From NCBI GenBank assembly GCA_964016885.1, contig OZ024743.1, positions 190,650,001-190,714,000 of the forward strand: a stretch of 64,000 bases of DNA. Reading direction: 5' to 3'. The notes under the pieces are model-generated. The model did no database searches and was not told the origin of the DNA. It saw only the letters and a program-made list of their open reading frames with translations. Positions within the stretch are counted from its first letter, which is position 1. Each line of letters begins with the position of its first letter. Shown here piece after piece: positions 25,790 to 40,059 of this stretch. This stretch comes from Eledone cirrhosa. Taxonomy: Eukaryota. The position numbers and the translations under genes were made by a program.

Positions 25790-26080
25790 AAACGTCCTTC
25801 AAACATCCTGACAAAAATCATACCACTCACCTCGAAAACGACGTGTGGAAACTCAAACCAAACGACACAGCGTTCTCCCTTAAATAGAGTATAGAGGAAA
25901 GATTAATCTCCCAATCGCTGGAAAGATTAATCACTTGAAAGATTAATCACTGGAGTGAAATTTTGCTAGTTGTCTTTAAAAAATCGCTGCTTAAATACGT
26001 GCCTGGATTGTTTCGGTTTTTTAAGGGTACCAAAATTTCGGTATGCTATCATCAGATAAAATACAAAAAGTTTTATAAAT
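25790..26080 (+). pseudogene. Decayed PLE GIY-YIG fragment
   Basis: SFKHPDKNHTTHLENDVWKLKPNDTAFSLK*SI aligns to SFRYPLKRNMTSLSASIWSLKDNHTQYKLHWEI. Confidence 0.6.
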
Positions 26081-26554
26081 ATTTGACATGACCAAGGATA
26101 ATATACCTTAACTGTTGAACTGTGTGTGTGTACATATATATATATATATAAATATATATAATATGTATGTATTTAAACATATACATATAAATTGATGATG
26201 ATGATATTGACGTATATATGTATATCTGCGTGGGGGGGGGCTGTTAGTGTGTGTGTATGTGTGTGCGTCTGCATACATAGATATACATATTTATAGACAC
26301 ACACATACACAAATATACAAATGTATATGTGAACATTAGCAGCTGAGAATTTGGATATAATACAGTTTTGATATATATATTTTACCAAAATTAACACTGA
26401 TTTAAGATCATAATTAAATTTTAAATGTTCTAATTAGATATGAACCATGTAATAGTTTTTCTGGGAGACTAGGAATGCAAAGCGACAGCGATATAATTGG
26501 TAATACAGTTGTTTGGCAAAGCAACACTCACGTGGTTTTAGTCTGACCTCAGGG

Positions 26555-27166
26555 ATATATATGTGTATATATATATATATATATGTGTGTGTGAGTGTGT
26601 GTGTGTGCAGATGTATATATATACATATATATATATATGCACACACAGACATATGTATATATAGGCATATATACACACACACACACATATATATATATAT
26701 ATGAGTGTGTGTATATGCATATATATATATGTATATATATATGTACGTGTGTGTAAATATATATATGTATATATATATATATATATACCTCGACATATAC
26801 ATAAATGTCTGTGTATGTAACACTCTCTCTCTCTCTAACTCTGTATATATCTATATATCTATATATATAAATATATATATACATATATACATATACATAT
26901 ATATATACATATACATACATATATAAATATATATATATATATACAAATATGTACATATATATATATATATATATATACATTTATATAAAATAAATATATA
27001 TATACATATATATATAAATTTATATATATATAAACATATACATATATAAATTTATATATATATAAATATATACATATATAAAAATATATATATACATATA
27101 TATATAAATATATTTATACACATTTATATATATATATATATACATACAAACATACATACATATATG
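26555..27166. repeat. Long degenerate (TA)/(CA)/(TG) microsatellite block
   Basis: Direct reading. Confidence 0.95.
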
Positions 27167-28157
27167 TGAAATATTGATAAGATGCCTAACCAGATGATGG
27201 CTAATTTTGGCTAGCTAATTTCAGTTGTGTCTAAATTCAGCAAGTGTATCATTAATTAATCATACTTTTGGCTGTTATATATGATGGTGCTTAATTTTTT
27301 AAGCATTCATCTATCTAGAAACTCAATTAACATCCCACTAATGTTCAGTTATATTCAGATATATGCTTATGTCGAATTAGTTTGAACTAATTACACCAGT
27401 ATTTGGAGAAAGTTATGATACTTTAGTGTGAAAAATAATGAAAAAGAAACAAAATATAAACTTTTGTTGTTGTTTAGACCCAAGTCTTCCCTGGCTGAGC
27501 TGTCATTTGATACAATGAAATATTTTGCAAGCCTTGATCATTCTTTAATTTTTGAGTTTGAGGCTGCATTTCTGACAGTCTTCTTCTCCAGCAGTTGATT
27601 TTGAGGGAATTTTGCTTCTTTCTACATGGCCAAAAAACTATAGAAATCCCTATATTACATTATTGGTGCTATTTATTTTATATTGGTTTTTGTTTTAGTC
27701 CCATTTTAACACTTATTATGCACACATATTTTTAAAGTCATTACCACCATGGTCTGCTCTTCTTTTCATAGATATGTAGAGCTATATTCTCCAATTTCTT
27801 TCCCTACTCAAGACTGTATGACATAATTCAAGGAAATTCAGCTGTTATTTTTTCGCCATTTTAGTGACCATGTACACCTCTTTGTTGTTATTAGTGATTA
27901 CATTGTTTTTAGTGGATGTGATAATATCAGTGTTGTTATTGTTTTTTTTTATCTATATCATGTTTAGATACGCCATATGAATAGAATTTCATTTTTCATG
28001 CTTTTTTATTAATCTGGCATTTAGCTTTCTGTCCCAGTTTTTAATCTCTGCGAATACTGATGCAACTGATATGACTTTGACATATACTCTTTGTTACACA
28101 TGGCTATATGATTATTACCTCCCTACTCACCACCATAGGCGCTGATCTGACCAGCCA

Positions 28158-28270
28158 CAGGTGTGAGCTTCACGAGTTTGAATGGCTCTTCCAGCGCGTC
28201 TCCCTTGCCGTCCTCCGGGCAAACGCCTTCTCCATTCTGTCCACTGGGGCTGGGCTGTGGGGAGGCTATC
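28158..28270. repeat. GC-rich dispersed repeat, copy 2
   Basis: Same orientation and similar sequence as 5493-5606. Confidence 0.8.
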
Positions 28271-28917
28271 AACATGATTGACTGACCTGTTATTTTATCA
28301 GTCAACACAGAAATTCCTACCATCATCGTGTATGATTTTAAGTTACACATGGTTAATAAGTTTGTTTTACAAAAATGTGGCCCTAGGTTCAATCCTACTA
28401 CAAAATGTTTTGAGGGATTGTCTTTTGCCATAGCCTTCTGTCAGCTAAACACTTGTGAGTCAATTTTGAGAGGCAGATACTGTGCAGAAGCTTGCTATAT
28501 AATGCCAACCAATCCATTGGTTCATGTTTATGACTGGAATCATTCATAAATTCTGCCAGGAGATTGTCATGGAAAATGTGAATATGCATCACATTGCTGC
28601 AAATTTTATCCTACAATATTTTCAGGTGGTTGATAAATGTGGGATGTAATATACCAAAACTCTGATGCAGCTGCAATTGGCTACTGTATCATAACAATGT
28701 TCTTTCTTACACCTTTCTCCAGACTATAGAGTCTTGACAAAGAACGAAATGACAGTTGTTTCATACACCTTATATGAACTTGATATATCCCCCATATCTA
28801 CTAGGATTTCCAAATGTTTCTTAAAACTCTTTGAGAGGGTAAATGAAATTCTAATAGAATAACAGCCAGCATTCTATATTTGTTGCATAAAAGACCTGCT
28901 GGAATATCTGTGTATAT

Positions 28918-29192
28918 TCTAAAGTCCAAAGTCTGCCTCGAGCCTAGAAGCTCATCAGGCAGGTCCTTATCCCAGTTGCCATAGTGTCATGTAACTGAGA
29001 GTACAAGACTCTGCTCTGGATAGGATACCAGTCCATCACAGGATTAGACTCTCAGTTATTGCTGCTACTCATGTTTTTTATGTGAAATGAAGTGTTTTTC
29101 TCAAGAACACAACACACAACCCAGTTCAGGAATCAAACCCATGACATTATGATCGTAAGTTCAACATTCTTACCACCAGGTCATCTGCCTCT
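28918..29192 (-). mobile_element. tRNA-derived SINE, family B
   Basis: Reverse-complement relative of 63388-63672 (ctcaagaacacaacac, cttatcccag, ctaaagtc tail). Confidence 0.75.
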
Positions 29193-29437
29193 ACTCTGTG
29201 TATATTGTAAGAATAATAAGAATATTTCAAATGGGATGGGGCCTGAATGTAAATGATATATCGAATATATTAATTTCGGGCTTAAACTAACAACCTTCTG
29301 ATACTACCTAATAAATGATAATCGACAGAATACCCATCTGTCATTTGTACCTTTCTTAGATGGTCTGATATTTACTCTTGACATCGAAGTTAAGTGAGCT
29401 TTGTTTCTTCTGTTGTAGTAGTGAATTTATTTAGCAT

Positions 29438-29720
29438 ATGAGGTGTTTGGCTCAAAGTCATAAGATCATTAGTTCAATTCCCAGCAGTACATTGTGTTCT
29501 TAAGCAGGACAATTTGTTTCATTTGCTCCAGTTCACACAGATGACAAAAAATTGATTTTTGCCTGTAATGCAAAGAACCAGCCTCATCATCATGTGTCAC
29601 ATTGAATCTCTTTCATAACTATATTAAGGGCACACATATCCAAGGTGTGATCAGTCATTTGAACATTAATTTCATGAGCAGGCAGATATGTTGTTTAAAC
29701 AAGTAGATTATCCTTTGAAT
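29438..29720 (+). mobile_element. tRNA-derived SINE, family C (decayed)
   Basis: gttcaattccc..ttcttaagcaggac..gctccagttcac; related to 63078-63380. Confidence 0.6.
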
Positions 29721-30965
29721 ATTACAAATTCAAAATAGAAAACTCAGTTTTCAGCATCATGACAGCACCTTATTTACCTATACTTAATAACTGCTGCTAT
29801 CAAGACACTGTAGTTATATTATAGTTTATTGTAGAAACTTATAATGTAGCATAAAATAGTTTAGTTCATAGTAATGCTTAAGAATGATTCCAAAATATCC
29901 ATGCTTTGATAGAAAGTTACTTTATGCCCTGAGGAAGGAAGTTATCTGAATATTATATTTATATAAATTATTTGTTCTATTCATTTGATAGGTATTTATT
30001 CTCTGACTATCTGGTACTGCAGAGTAATAGGAACATTGCCAGACTATTGTTTTTGGCCAAATATAATAGCAAAACTGAATTCAGTAATAAGCAAATAATA
30101 AGCAAAACAGAAAATGAATGATAAATAAATAAAAATGATGTTAGTATGCATGCAGGCATAGTAATCATCTGGAGAGCCATGATGGTGATCGCTGTGTAAA
30201 TTATTATACACTTACTATAAGCCATAATGGAACTTAAATTCTGCATGAGTGAACTAACACGCCTCATTCACTAGCAATGGATTTCTTCACATTCTGTAGA
30301 ATATGATACAAACTAAGGGGGCTGTGCTTTATATTATCATGTTAAAAGTATTTTAAAATCATACTTGATGTCTAGCTTCAGGTCAGCCATGGAGAGTAAA
30401 CAAACCTATAAGGAAAAAATCATTCGTGTTTCAGGCATAATGATATTTGCGACAACATTATTTTAAAAGATTCTTCTTCATTCAAGATGATAGTGTAGAA
30501 TTTAAGAGAAATTTCACTGTTACATTTTGCATGTCAAACCACAAGGTAGAAGCTTCCACATAGCATATATAGGAGTGTGGCAAAGTTTAGTAAAATAAAA
30601 ACATTTTGATTGAAGAAATGAAAAGGAAATCAAAGTAACAATACTTCAAAAGATTGTTGGTGGTAATCTGAAAACGATCAAAACAACTTTCAAGAATGCA
30701 ATGTAAGATGGGATAAATACTGATAAAAAAGCGAATAGCAAAACTGTAAGCCATTTCTGAGATGTAGCCACTTATCGCATTCAATAATAGAAAGCTCTAA
30801 AAATAAAGAAACTAGCAAAGTTGCTATTTTAGCAAGAATTATCATCATTATTAAATGAATTACAAAAATAAAATATTCTTATTGATCTTTAATAATTATA
30901 TTTGTTTGCATAAATCTTTACATTGAATTCACTGACAATACATAGGGATATTTTTTTAGAAATAA

Positions 30966-31003
<38 letters not shown>

Positions 31004-31458
31004 TGTATGTGTGTGTGCGTGCAATATTAATTAGAGTATGTGTTACCTTTTCGCCGAAAATTTAGTATGCACGAAGTGCACAGATGGGACTATTTATTCC
31101 AGAGAATATTTATAAACATGAAGTACAAGTCAACGGGTTATAATTCACTTTGTTTATTCATAATCACTGTTATACATATTTCGGTGATAACCATTATGCA
31201 ACAGTTATGACATAATCAGACAGTTAGAAGTTGAACAGAAAAAAAACTGAAAAACATAAAGAAGAAATACACCTTACTTCTGTTGTTTCGATTCATTAAT
31301 ATGCTCTGGGCTGATATTTGGGTTTCTCTCTCAAAGCACTAGTAACATATGACTGGTAACAACAGACAAGAGGGGTTGTCTGTTGATACCTTATTTTATT
31401 AGGAGTGGCAATTGGCCCCAGTGACGATGGTAGTAGTAGTGGCAGTAGGGATAATATA

Positions 31459-31628
31459 ATTGTTTCTACTTTTGGCAGAAAGCCAGCAATTATTCCAGAA
31501 CATTACTGGTGCTTCATTTTATCAATCCCGTAAAAATGAAAGGCAAAGTTAACCTTGGCAGGATTTGAACTCAAACCATAAAGGGCCATAAATCTATGCT
31601 GCAAAGCACGGCATCCGACCCTCTACCC
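31459..31628 (-). mobile_element. tRNA-derived SINE, family A
   Basis: atgaaaggcaaagttaaccttggcaggatttgaactc. Confidence 0.82.
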
Positions 31629-31784
31629 ATACATTATATCACATGCATAAAATAAATGGTACAGAAGTAGAAACAAAGGGCAGGGGAAAAAGAACTTGAC
31701 TAACAAAAAAAAAACCTTAAAAACATGCCACATTTTTGTTCTTCAGGTTGTTTATGTTCTTCAAGTTTTCTTTTCTCTGCCTAA

Positions 31785-32034
31785 TAAGTGGTATAGTTGT
31801 TCAACCATTAACTGCTACAAGGGTGATGGGGATGAACTAGAAAAGAAAAACTGCAAGGTTATCAAACTGATTGATCACATGGATGTAACAGAAAGTGTTT
31901 TTACATGATTGATTAGGAAGAGAACTAGTTTAGATAAGATGCAGTTCTGACGTGTTCCAAGATGGCATAACACCAATGCCTGCTTCTTAGTGAGACAACT
32001 GCATGATAAGTTCCTAACTAAGAGTAAGCCATTA
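31785..32034 (+). pseudogene. RTE RT fragment interrupted by a SINE
   Basis: INCYKGDGDELEKKNCKVIKLIDH..MQF..FLVRQLHDKFLTKSKPL matches the RTE copies. Confidence 0.8.
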
Positions 32035-32216
32035 TGGTGAATTGGCAGTATTGGTAGAGGGTCGGACACCATGCGTTGATGCATAGAGTTACGGCCCTTG
32101 TCATTCTGAGTTCAAATCCCGCCGAAGTTAACTTTGCCTTTCATCCTTAAGGGGTCGATAAGTACCAGTAATGCACTGGGTAATTGCTGGCCTTGTGCCA
32201 AAAATAGAAACAATTA
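32035..32216 (+). mobile_element. tRNA-derived SINE, family A
   Basis: attggcagtattggtagagg..gagttcaaatcccgccgaagttaactttgcctttcatcc. Confidence 0.9.
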
Positions 32217-33179
32217 TATATATCATTCATTGTATTGGTTAAAGTCCTTGACAGTGTATCACACACTTTAGTCCGATGAAATTTAAGAAAACTTGGCAGA
32301 GATGAATCACAAAAGAGCAATGACAATGATGTATGCAGATGCAGTGTATCAGCTGGTGAAGAGTAAGAAATATTTATACTCATATTTTTGTACTTATTTG
32401 TTGTGATAGGATAAGTAAATTGTGTTTCAATATGCAAGTAAAGTGAGTCCAGCAAGGGATTCTGCATCTTGTAATAGAGAAGAGATAATGAAAGTGCTGC
32501 TTCAGCTAGTGATGAAACTAATAGATTTGTTATCCAGTGCCATTTCATTGCAACTTATCTATCATAGTGAGTGAGAATAAAAAATGGCTCAAAATGCCAG
32601 ATGCTATCATGATAGCTTAGGGGCAATGCATTGGGTCAGAAAGATAATTCTCTTAAATATAGAATTAATTGCTGCTTCAGTAATCAGTAAATTGTAGCAG
32701 AAATAATTGATTAACCCTTAAATGCTGTTTCAAGTAGTTATCTGAATAGACTTTTGTCTTGAAATCAAGACATGGAAAAGAATGGATATAAGAAGAAATC
32801 ATACTTTATCATGTTAATCTTCCTCATATATAATTGTTAGTGATCAACAAGATTCGAGGCAAACAAAATCACCATTAAATGATTGACATTCATGTTAACC
32901 AGTTTCCTGTTTCAACTTTTCAATGAAGAACAGGTTTGGGTGAAATGAATATTGACAAAATTAATTGTCATACATAAAGGAAAGTGGAAAGTTTAGTAGA
33001 AGCCCAAAGTAAAAGAATAAGTATTGATCTTCTTCTAATTATCGTTAACCTCCACATCACTATCAATAATATCATCAAGAATAATGTTCGAGTAGAGTAG
33101 GCTGTTGGCATCTCTATCAATGTTTTCTGAGTTTAAATTCCCTTAGAAATATTGTTCATTTTCTCTTTTATATAGAAGA

Positions 33180-34124
33180 CAATAAAATCCTCCATTCATA
33201 CACTTGTCTATAATGGTGGTTGAGTTCCAGTGAGGAAAAATGTATTTGAAAACTGGCAAGAGCAAAAGTGATTTGAGCACCTCTCCATGGCTGGTCGACC
33301 GAATAGAAATATCAATTAAATATGCTTCAAATCAAATCAAGCTTTACTGTTTTATCCAAGGAAGGACATGTTGGATAACATAAACTTAAATATCTCTAAA
33401 AGGTTAGCAGATTATGACTACTTAGATAAAATAAGGATTTCAGCTAGAATACAGGAACGTTGGTTTGTGTTTCTCTTGTTGCTGCTGTTCTCATTTAGCT
33501 ACAAACTACAAACAGTTATGTTACTGATCTATCTTTCATTAGATTTAATCACTTAAATAAATTAGGCACCAATGAAATTTAAATAATTGAAGATAGATAA
33601 TTTAAGAAGATAATACAAAAACTAATTTTATAGCATAGGATTAAGAATATGAATAGCATGGATCTATTTTGTTTTTTACCGAGACTACATTGTCTAATAT
33701 ATCCATTTTTAAAATATTGTAGGATGTAATTTGACTATTATTTCCAGCAGATCAAGCAATCACATAGAGAAACACTTATTCACTATTTATTCATCACATT
33801 TATTCGAAAATGGGAAGAGATGAGTGCTCCTGCCTATTTTATTCCATTTTCTGTCCTTCATATCCCTGAGAAATATATAACAAAATATTTCCTAAAATTA
33901 TAGATTCTGAGCCTCATTAAATGAAACCAATATTTTTACATTACCATTTCTGTGTAGGTATGTATTAAATGCATCAACACAATAAAATCTTCCATTCATA
34001 CACTTGTCTATAATGGTGGTTGAGTTCCAGTGAGGAAAAATGTATCTGAAAACTAGCAAGAGCAAAAGTGATTTGAGCACCTCTCCATGGCTGGTCGACC
34101 GAATAGAAATATCAATTAAATATG
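33180..34124. repeat. 145-bp direct repeat pair (33180-33324 and 33980-34124)
   Basis: Near-identical copies exactly 800 bp apart. Confidence 0.9.
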
Positions 34125-34774
34125 ATTAAATTTAGATACACACTTGAAATGTGATTTATTTTCATATGGCCCATGCCTTACTCAATTATACCCTCCCACA
34201 ACTGAAAAGATTCATACAATATAAAAGATTCATACAATATAAAATTGAATCAAAATGAGGATGCAGCCACATATATAAGACAATTAGATGAAATATGCAT
34301 ATGCTAGATATAGAATTGTGTTTCTGAATAAAATATATAACAAAGTATGTCATTTATTAAAACAGATAACAAATAAACTATTAGTAGATATATATATCTT
34401 CATGAAAAGGTTAAGCAATTCATTGTGCTTGTCCAACTAGTGTTCTAGACAAATATCTATAACTCCTGCAAAAAGCAATGATAAACATTTACTGAATAGT
34501 TCTGATAATAAGTATTTGAGAAAGAAACTATTTATCCCATTAATGTGCAGAATAATTGCAGATCAATTGTTTATATTTCACCAACTATGGTAAATAAGTT
34601 TGCTAGGTGGTTTGAGGCACAATCATTTGTGAAGCACTTTGATTGTTTTTTTTACCATAGGCTTCATGCATCTGAACCTTTCTAAATGTGGAGCCCTGTG
34701 GAGGAATATATATATATATAATCATCAACATCTAATATCAAAAATATATATTTTGTTTTATATATATATATAGG

Positions 34775-35420
34775 TAAATATCTTTAAGTCGTTTGGAAGC
34801 CTCGACAATGCAAATGGGTAAATCTCCGGGTAACAAGATCCGGTGGTGGAGAGAGAGATGTAAGTGGGTGTACGTTGAGATGCGTGGTGTGTAAAGATGT
34901 GTAAATGTGTAGAAGAAAGAAGGGAAGAGTATAAAGGATAAAATAAAAATAACAACACAAGAGAGAGTTACCTTGGGAGAGATTTAATAGTGCCTATATA
35001 TTTCGGATTCACATCCATCAACTGGGGTTTTTTTCCGGGGTAAAGATTGTCTGTCGGACAGGTGCGAAACGCGTCCTCCGCTGTTTGTTGTTTTGAATTC
35101 AAAACAACAAACAGCGGAGGACGCGTTTCGCACCTGTCCAACAGACAACCTTTACCCCAGAAAAAAACCCCAGTTGATGGATGTGAATCCGAAATATATA
35201 GGCACTATTAAATCTCTCCCAAGGTAACTCTCTCTTGTGTTGTTATTTTTATTTTATCCTTTATACTCTTCCCTTCTTTCTTCTACACATTTACACATCT
35301 TTACACACCACGCATCTCAACGTACACCCACTTACATCTCTCTCTCCACCACCGGATCTTGTTACCCGGAGATTTACCCATTTGCATTGTCGAGGCTTCC
35401 AAACGACTTAAAGATATTTA
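34775..35420. repeat. 646-bp spacer-less palindrome centred on GAATTC (35095-35100)
   Basis: Arms are reverse complements with three transitions seen near the centre; ORFs 34758- and 35237+ share the same N-terminal translation. Confidence 0.95.
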
Positions 35421-36399
35421 TTTATTATTCCACAATGCTTCAAGCAAACTTCAATACTCTCTTATATATATATGTGTTTACCGAAAGGGGATTTCAGAAA
35501 TTGTGTGTCAAAGAGAAATACCGCCACCTATTTTGTTTCATCCAAGTTATGCATTTTGATATCCAAGTTGACGCTATCTAAGGAAGTAGATAAAATGAGT
35601 TTCAAACTCTGTACTGAGACTGATAGAAGGGATTAAACCTCTTGACTGTGGTGCTTCGTCATTGGTGCATTCTAATGATTAAAACCTATGAAAGAAAATG
35701 AAAGTAAGATATTTTGCCATTATTGGTGATTTGATTTGAACTTACCAACCTCAGTTATATAGTTTTGGAGAGTTTAACCATTAAAAAAATTATCTGTTTT
35801 GATAGAGCATTTATCCAACTCAACTATCTCTTCATGACTCCTCCATTTAAACAACAATAGCTTAGCATTGCCTCTAAATAACTTCGCCATCTGTAAAATT
35901 AATACCCTGTATTTATATATGTATATATAGAAGATAGTTATCAAATTATAGCTTGCATACAATTATATTATGAATACTTGAGTTGCTGCAGTAGCAACTC
36001 TCAGCAGGTTAGCACTTTAAAGATTCTTTCAAACAGAATCTAATAATTTTCACACTACTGTCAAGATACATTGTACACACCGAGCTACACACACATATGT
36101 ATATATACACACAAACATGCAGACATATATACACAAACACTAATGTGCATTCTTATATTTCATGAGTGTGAGACTTTGTATGAATGTATGTATGTATAAA
36201 TACTTAATTGTATCTAGCTTGAGAGAGGGAGCAGGTAGGGAGAAAGAGAAATGACCTGCCTATTCTCAACTTCCAAGTAATTTCATCATGTTCTTATAAA
36301 TTAACAAAATATATCAGTCTCGGCTGTCAGGCTTTAAATTATGGCCTTAGTTGAATTGTACAAATCTAGTGTTAGAGATTTATTCAGACACACATACAT

Positions 36400-36430
<31 letters not shown>

Positions 36431-36533
36431 AATTGTGACTGTGATATGCCACTCAGTATTTGAATGTGCATATGTATGTCTGTGTGTGTGTGTGTATCGG
36501 TAAATTTATCTATCTAACTATATATATATATGT

Positions 36534-36626
<93 letters not shown>

Positions 36627-36629
<3 letters not shown>

Positions 36630-37873
36630 TCATCATCACCGTTTTACGTCCGTTCTTCCACGCTAGCATGGGTTAGACGGGTTGTCCTGTTGTGGGCAGT
36701 GTCTGGTCGGCTGACCATGCCAGGAACTGATCTGGCTTGATTTCTACAGCTGGATGCCCTTCCTAACACCAACCTCATTTACAGTGAGTGCTGGGTGCTT
36801 TTTCGTGGCGTCTACACGTCCACTTTACAGTGTGGGCTGGGTGCTTTTTTGCCGTGGCACCTCCACGACCACCTTGCGGTGGGGGGGGGGGGGCATATTG
36901 TTTATATGCTTCAGCATGTACCCATGGGAGGTCGGGTACCCTGTATTACTGCGTGACGCCAGAAGTCACGGTCGTGTGTCATTGACTTTGAGAGGTGTAG
37001 TTGGGTAAGGTCGGCTTTTATCACCTCATCCCAAGTCATCTTGGGTCTCCCCACTCCGCGGTTTCCATCAACTTCTAGTGCTCTGCACCTTTTTATGCAG
37101 CTGTCATCCTTCATACGCATCACATGTCCATACCAGCGTAACCGCCTCTCCTGCACGCAGCATTTGATTCCTCTTATGCTCAGTCTCTCTCTCAATTCAT
37201 TTATGCTTTGTCGTTCACGTATATTACTGTTACACATCCATCGGAGCATGCAGGCTTCGTTTCTCTCTAATCTACGTAAGTCTTCCACCTTCAGCGCCCA
37301 GGTCTCACTACCATGCAACATCGCTGTTCGGATACACGCATCATACAGTCTGCCTTTCATTCTGAGGGAGAAGCCTTTTGCAGCTAGCAGTGGTAGTAGT
37401 TCCCTAAACTTCTTCCATCCCGTTCTTACCCTAGTTATTGTACTTTCTGAGCACCCACCTCCGTTGCTAATTCGGTCACCTAGGTAGCAGAAGCTGTCTA
37501 CTGTTTCTACAGGGCCCTCCCAGAGATTGGTGGTACTTGTTTCCTGTGGCTGTTTGCTTGCTGTTTCAGCACAGCTGCTGCATGTGAATCCTACATTCTT
37601 AATTAAGCTTCCTGAGATCCCGCTACATCTCTTGTGTACCCATTGTTTGCATTTGGGGCAAAGAATGGAGTTCCTACCTACACCTTTCCTACATACTGAG
37701 CAAGGCCATTTCCCTGAGGGGATCTGGGTTCTGTTTTCTCGTCTACTTATAAGGACCTTAGTCTTTGTCATGTTGACTTTGAGGCCCTTTCTCTCTAGTC
37801 CCTGCTTCCAGGTTTGGAATTTATTCTCTAGTTCTACCATAGATTCAGCTATGAGTGCGAGGTCATCAGCATA

Positions 37874-37874
<1 letters not shown>
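36627..37874 (-). mobile_element. 5'-truncated RTE LINE (from YADD to the 3' tail)
   Basis: YADDLALIAES, PHD-like Cys/His insert, FCYLG, RLRWYGHV; (GAT)n tail; (TA)n on both flanks. Confidence 0.93.
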
Positions 37875-37935
<61 letters not shown>

Positions 37936-38169
37936 TACCGACACAAATCTATTGCGCCAATTGAAATAAAGTGATGAACAAATCTGGTAATGGAAGTTTT
38001 ATATCTTTAAGAAGTAGTATGAGCTGCTGTAAATACAAGAAATTTGTTTCTCAGTTATCTATAGTTTTCTCTTTTCAAGTTATACATAAAAAGCATCTAT
38101 TAATGCATCTAACAGTGTTAACATAGGGATAGGTTCAAAATACCCGAATATCAGCTCTGCTATTTAGTA

Positions 38170-38361
38170 ATAATAATTGTTTCTACTTTAGGCACAAGGC
38201 CAGCAATTACCCAGTGCATTACTGGTACTTTATTTTATCGACCCCGTAAGGATGAAAGGCAAAGTCAACCTCGGCGGGATTTGAACTCAGATCGTAAAGG
38301 GACGTAACTATGCTGGAAAGCATGGCGTCCGACCCTCTACCGATACTGCCAATCCACCACA
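38170..38361 (-). mobile_element. tRNA-derived SINE, family A
   Basis: Full-length reverse complement of the family A consensus motifs. Confidence 0.9.
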
Positions 38362-39520
38362 ATGATGAAATTATTGCGTAAAGTGCTCAGGTGCACTACA
38401 ACTCATCAAATCTGCATGTGTAGCACATAGAATAATGTATAAATGTCAGGAAAGTGAACAGTGTACGAGTCATGATATACACACAGATAAATGCAAGAGT
38501 GTGTATGGAGGGGAAATATAAGGTGTAGTGTTGGCGAATTTCAGGAAGCATGGAGGTTTTAAAGGATATAGTGTCCCAGAAGCTAGCAACTGATGTAGGT
38601 AGTTTGTTCCATGCTTCAGCAACTCTGAACATGAAAAAATATTTCCGAAAGTCCTGAGAATTGTGCTGTTTTCTGACTTTGTAGGCATGACCATGGGTGT
38701 TAGACACATGGAATTCAAAAAGGTGCTCAAGGTTGTTGTTGGCAAGATGGTTAATAATTCTATGGGTCTTTACCACGTCAGTTGCCAGACATCTGAGCTT
38801 CAATGTATCCATGCCCAGGGAAGCAAGGCGTTTAGAGTATGGCAGATGCCTGATGGAGGGTATTCGCTTGGTTGCACATCTCTGAACAGTTTTCAGGAGG
38901 TCAAAATTCTAAGCAAGATAAGGGTTCCAGACTGGTGATACAAATTCTAAGTGTGGCCACACCATAGCTATATACAGCTTTAAATAGATAGCTGGAGAGC
39001 AGCTGACAAAGGTCTTGCTGAGTGATGCCAAGACACCCTCGGCCTTCTTGACAATTTTAGAGATTTGCTTTGTCCAACGCATATCGCTGCGGACAGTAAT
39101 GCCCAGGTCACATTCAAAGAAGACTTCTTCAGATTAGTGTTGTGGAGGGAGTATATGGATGCTGGGCTTTTTCATTCCAAATTGCATGGTGATACACTTG
39201 TCCACAGACAGCTTGAGTTGTCACTCCATGATCCATTGCTGCATTGTATCCAGGTCAGATTGCAGGAAATCTATAGCGTTCAAGATCTGTCCTTTTTATC
39301 TCAAGGCACAGCTTGATGTCATCTGCATATTTCAGCACTGTAGCATTCTTTAAGTTGGCATCTATGTCATTAATGTATGCAACAAACAAAAGGGGCCCAA
39401 ACAGATCCCTGCAGTACACCAGATGACATCTCATAGGGTGAAGAATGCTGTCCTAGAACCATGACTACCTCTTTTCGACTCAGAATGAAGGACTTCAAAC
39501 AGCTGTAAAGATCATCTCTC
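38362..39520 (-). mobile_element. CR1/L2-type LINE 3' fragment
   Basis: GVLQGS..GPLLFVAYINDI, YADDIKL; C-terminal THGHAYKVRK..RKYFF..RVAEAWNKLP..FK. Confidence 0.85.
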
Positions 39521-40059
39521 TTTGTTCTTGTCTACCTCTATCTCCCTTTCTACAAACACAGGTGAGTTTTGAGGGCATTATCAGAGGCAGATGAGAAAGG
39601 GAGTCAATACATTCGACTCATACTAAAAGATGAATGGTGTATCTAAAACATTGAGGAGGGAGAAGAGATTTTGCTAAACCAGCTTGTAACCTAAAATGCC
39701 AGATATTTTTAACATCTTGGCAACTATACAAGAGTATCCAGCAAACTTCCATAACTCCATTTCCTTAATCATCAACACCATCATTTTCATCATACACAAA
39801 AACACATACATATATGTTAAACTAATTGAATTTCATGCTGTTCTGGCACATCAAGATGGACAGAGTCACAACAGCAGGCCAAAATATGGTGGAGTTATGC
39901 AGTAGTTTTGTTGCTTAGATCAGTAGGTGGCTTTGAGTATGTGTTCTAGTGGAAGGGAACACAACTACAGAGTTATTTCACAACCTGTTGTGACACAGAC
40001 TCCTGCATTTGGAAACAGAGTATAAAAGCATCCTCAGCACACACATCTCTTTACTGAGA

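Noticed and set aside
30007-30784. Hydrophobic minus-strand ORFs suggesting a membrane protein
   Set aside because: T-rich composition explains the hydrophobicity; no recognisable motif or splice pattern.
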